Source of the DNA: Stramenopiles sp. TOSAG23-2
Taxonomy: Eukaryota
DNA length: 32,384 bases
Direction of reading: 5' to 3'
NCBI GenBank assembly: GCA_900128395.1
Contig: LT649363.1
Coordinates: forward strand, 1-32,384
The notes beneath the pieces are model-generated. The model was not told the DNA's origin and did not search any database. It was given only the letters and a program-made list of their open reading frames with translations. The stretch's first letter is position 1, and each line of letters begins with the position of its first letter. Of this stretch, positions 29,894-32,384 are shown piece by piece. Both the position numbers and the translations under genes were made by a program.

Positions 29894-30240
29894 ATAATAA
29901 TAATGTGCTATTACTATACCTGGCCTGGGCTGGTATATTACCTGGGTAATAGGATTACGGTGGCGGCAACAATATATGACTTTAACAAATAGCCGTTTTC
30001 CCGTGGTTTGGTTAACGGTAAATCCTGATTTTGGCTTGAATTTACGCCCGATTTGGGCAAGTCAAACGGGGATGAAAGGTATTGATCACTGTTCTTATAC
30101 TAACAAGTATAAGAAAGTGGGAACAGTCCGAGATGTTTCGAGAGATAATAATAATGTGCTATCTGGCCTGGGAAGCTTCGCTTCCGCGAAGCGTCGAGCT
30201 AGCTCGACTAGCCTGGGCTGGTATATTACCTGGGTAATAG
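29894..30240 (+). repeat. Spaced direct repeat; the second copy is interrupted by a 38-bp double-hairpin insert
   Basis: ATAATAATAATGTGCTAT..CTGGCCTGGG..CTGGTATATTACCTGGGTAATAG at 29894-29952 and 30145-30240. Confidence 0.9.
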
Positions 30241-30601
30241 TAATTAAAAATAATTGAAATAATTAATAATAATAATAAAAAAATATACTACTCGTCGTGC
30301 ACTCGTCGATAATATTATTACAAGTCTTGTATTATATTATGAAATTTCTTACCTGTTACTCTCCAAAACATGATACGAATAAATAATACTTTAAGTGAGC
30401 CAACATTAAAATATGATATACTATCATATGCATAGAACACACAAAAGCTTTATATACAATCGTATACATAATATAAAAGAAGCGTATGCTCGAGTCTTCG
30501 CACGTATGCGTTAATACATCACATATATATATATATCAATATATTGTGTTGCACCCATCATCACATTTGATACTTGCATCATAAAGTATAATTCGTATTT
30601 T

Positions 30602-31951
30602 TTATAAATAAAACAATTTATAACACAAGCCGTTTGACTCTGAGGATTTAATTAAATCGATAACCATGAAACATCCATCATTTTTGCTTGGAAGAATCGT
30701 TGTATCTAGAAGTTTTGGCAGTGAAGTGCCAAATCCTAGGTTCGCTACAAAGTGCCCAATTATAGATGGTGCTTTTTGCCTATGTGTTAGATAGTTTAAT
30801 AAATACTTTTCAATGCTTTGGATAGATACATTATCACATTTATCTTCATTCAATATAGTTAATTTCTCGATACAATATGTCGTCCTGGATTTGGTCTTAT
30901 CATCATCGTTATGATTATTATTATTATTACTATTATAGATATAACCATGTAAAAACCCCATGATTGGTATCATATGTTTAATATTTTCATTTTTGTCATA
31001 AGTTTTGCCATGCTCACGGTTGATAGCGTCTATTTTTTTCTTATTTAAAAAATCTATAAAATGATGTTCTACTATATTATCAATGTTATATCTCCATTTA
31101 CGTACTACATCGTTGTCCAGAAATAATTTAAATGCAGTAAAAGAGTTTTGTTTAATTTTTATATTGGCATTATCATCATCTGTTACAAATACACCAACAC
31201 TATAATGAAGCAATTTTTTAGTAAATCCTTCATCCCTAGTATTACCGATGTTTTTATTGTGTATTATCAATGTTGTGTTCTTTTTTACGTTATTATTATT
31301 CTTATTGTCGCTACGTAAAATAGCGGTATTGTTTTCCATTTTTTTCTTTTTTCCATCATCACCTTGGTAGTAATTATTATTAACATTGCTAATGTTACTA
31401 TTATTATCAGGACTAATAACGTAATAATCCTTATCTATGATTGTTGATGAAACCAAATTTTTAAGTCGAATTAATATCATAGGATTTATTGCCCTGCATG
31501 AATCAATACTATACGGTGGAAACACTTGTGCTGCATCTGCCAATATAGATATTACCCCATTTTCCTTATTCAAAACTGGCCCCAATTGACGATTACTTAA
31601 TGACTCAACCAATACCTCTTGCATTCTAATAATTTCGATTGAAAAATTTCGTCCCTGGTTTTTATTATTCTTTGTCACTGGGTTTTTGATATTTTCACTA
31701 TTTTGTATAATATTTATATTTTTTCGTTTTTGCAAAACATGTAACTTTTCTATAGCATGTAAATATACAATGGATGCGTTACAACTATCAACATAACTAC
31801 CCAGGCCATTTCTTTTACTTGCCATTATCAACATGATATATTTTCCAAGCCTATCTACAAGATATAATAGCCCAATCTTATATTTGTTTATATTTGTTGA
31901 TTTTAGTTGTACTTTTACAATATCACCTACGGCATCTTCTAAATTGAACAT
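30602..31951 (-). CDS. GEMIN6: Gemin6-like protein fused to a degenerate MPN/JAMM domain
   Basis: Sm-like VGDIVKVQL..YKIGLLYLVD..YIMLI..IVYLHAIEKL; Gemin6-like C-domain VFPPYSIDSCRAINPMILIRLKNLV; MPN-like IMGFLHG..IIGHFVANLGFG..LD..FMVIDLIKS..YKLFYL. Start could be 31951 or 31969. Confidence 0.7.
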   Translation of the reverse strand: MFNLEDAVGDIVKVQLKSTNINKYKIGLLYLVDRLGKYIMLIMASKRNGLGSYVDSCNASIVYLHAIEKLHVLQKRKNINIIQNSENIKNPVTKNNKNQGRNFSIEIIRMQEVLVESLSNRQLGPVLNKENGVISILADAAQVFPPYSIDSCRAINPMILIRLKNLVSSTIIDKDYYVISPDNNSNISNVNNNYYQGDDGKKKKMENNTAILRSDNKNNNNVKKNTTLIIHNKNIGNTRDEGFTKKLLHYSVGVFVTDDDNANIKIKQNSFTAFKLFLDNDVVRKWRYNIDNIVEHHFIDFLNKKKIDAINREHGKTYDKNENIKHMIPIMGFLHGYIYNSNNNNNHNDDDKTKSRTTYCIEKLTILNEDKCDNVSIQSIEKYLLNYLTHRQKAPSIIGHFVANLGFGTSLPKLLDTTILPSKNDGCFMVIDLIKSSESNGLCYKLFYL

Positions 31952-32384
31952 AGCTGCCAATATCAACATATATAATATGATGCAAAATTACCTATCTTGG
32001 GTATTTCAAATATCTAATATTAACAACCGATGTTGTTGCTTATATATTTTCAATTTCATAAATAGAATGCCAGTATTAATAATAGAAGTAGAGTAAGAGT
32101 AATTATTATTATTTGAAGAAGAAAATAATAATAGTCGTCTAATAGATCTAATATTATATATATAATAGTGCAATCCAGCAATAAAAAATAATACAAGTAT
32201 TGTTGAGTTATTTTTATATTTATTATTTATTTAATTTATGCACTTATTATTCTAATAGAAAATAATAACAAAAAAAAATCTCCATACGTGCATACCAGGT
32301 ACTATAGTTTTAAAAAGCTGTCGAACTACCTTGTTATACGTGTTAATTTAATGCTAAGCCCATGGTAGGAACATGCCTCGAAAC

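Noticed and set aside
31954-31991. 38-nt GT-AG intron extending the Gemin6 gene upstream
   Set aside because: The upstream frame hits TAG after seven codons, and the Sm-like fold already starts just after Met 31951.

Overview
AT-rich eukaryotic DNA, probably from a stramenopile-like protist (inferred from Asn-rich linkers, a GT-AG intron and a stramenopile-style Tudor motif). The left ~10 kb looks like the end of an endogenous Polinton-like virus (PLV). It carries an intact major capsid protein (MCP) ORF and a truncated minor-capsid-like gene. That gene runs out of frame into the unannotated C-terminal tail of what looks like a second MCP paralog, pointing to a multi-MCP PLV with an internal deletion. 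Cargo genes are a frameshifted BNR/Asp-box repeat protein, an LRR protein with NLS and acidic tail, a giant-virus-type C2H2 zinc-finger repeat protein and a MIGE-like ORF. A repeat- and hairpin-rich non-coding stretch (~8.5-10 kb) may be the terminal inverted repeat. No integrase, polymerase or packaging ATPase is visible in the window. The remaining ~22 kb is host DNA: a YFH7-like P-loop kinase, a LEA_2 protein, Tudor+Tubby, USP36/42-like, PTEN (one intron), a peroxisomal ABCD transporter and an unusual Gemin6 + inactive MPN/JAMM fusion. These are interspersed with several inverted-repeat elements, pseudogene fragments and many local tandem duplications. All family assignments are motif recognition by eye, not database searches.
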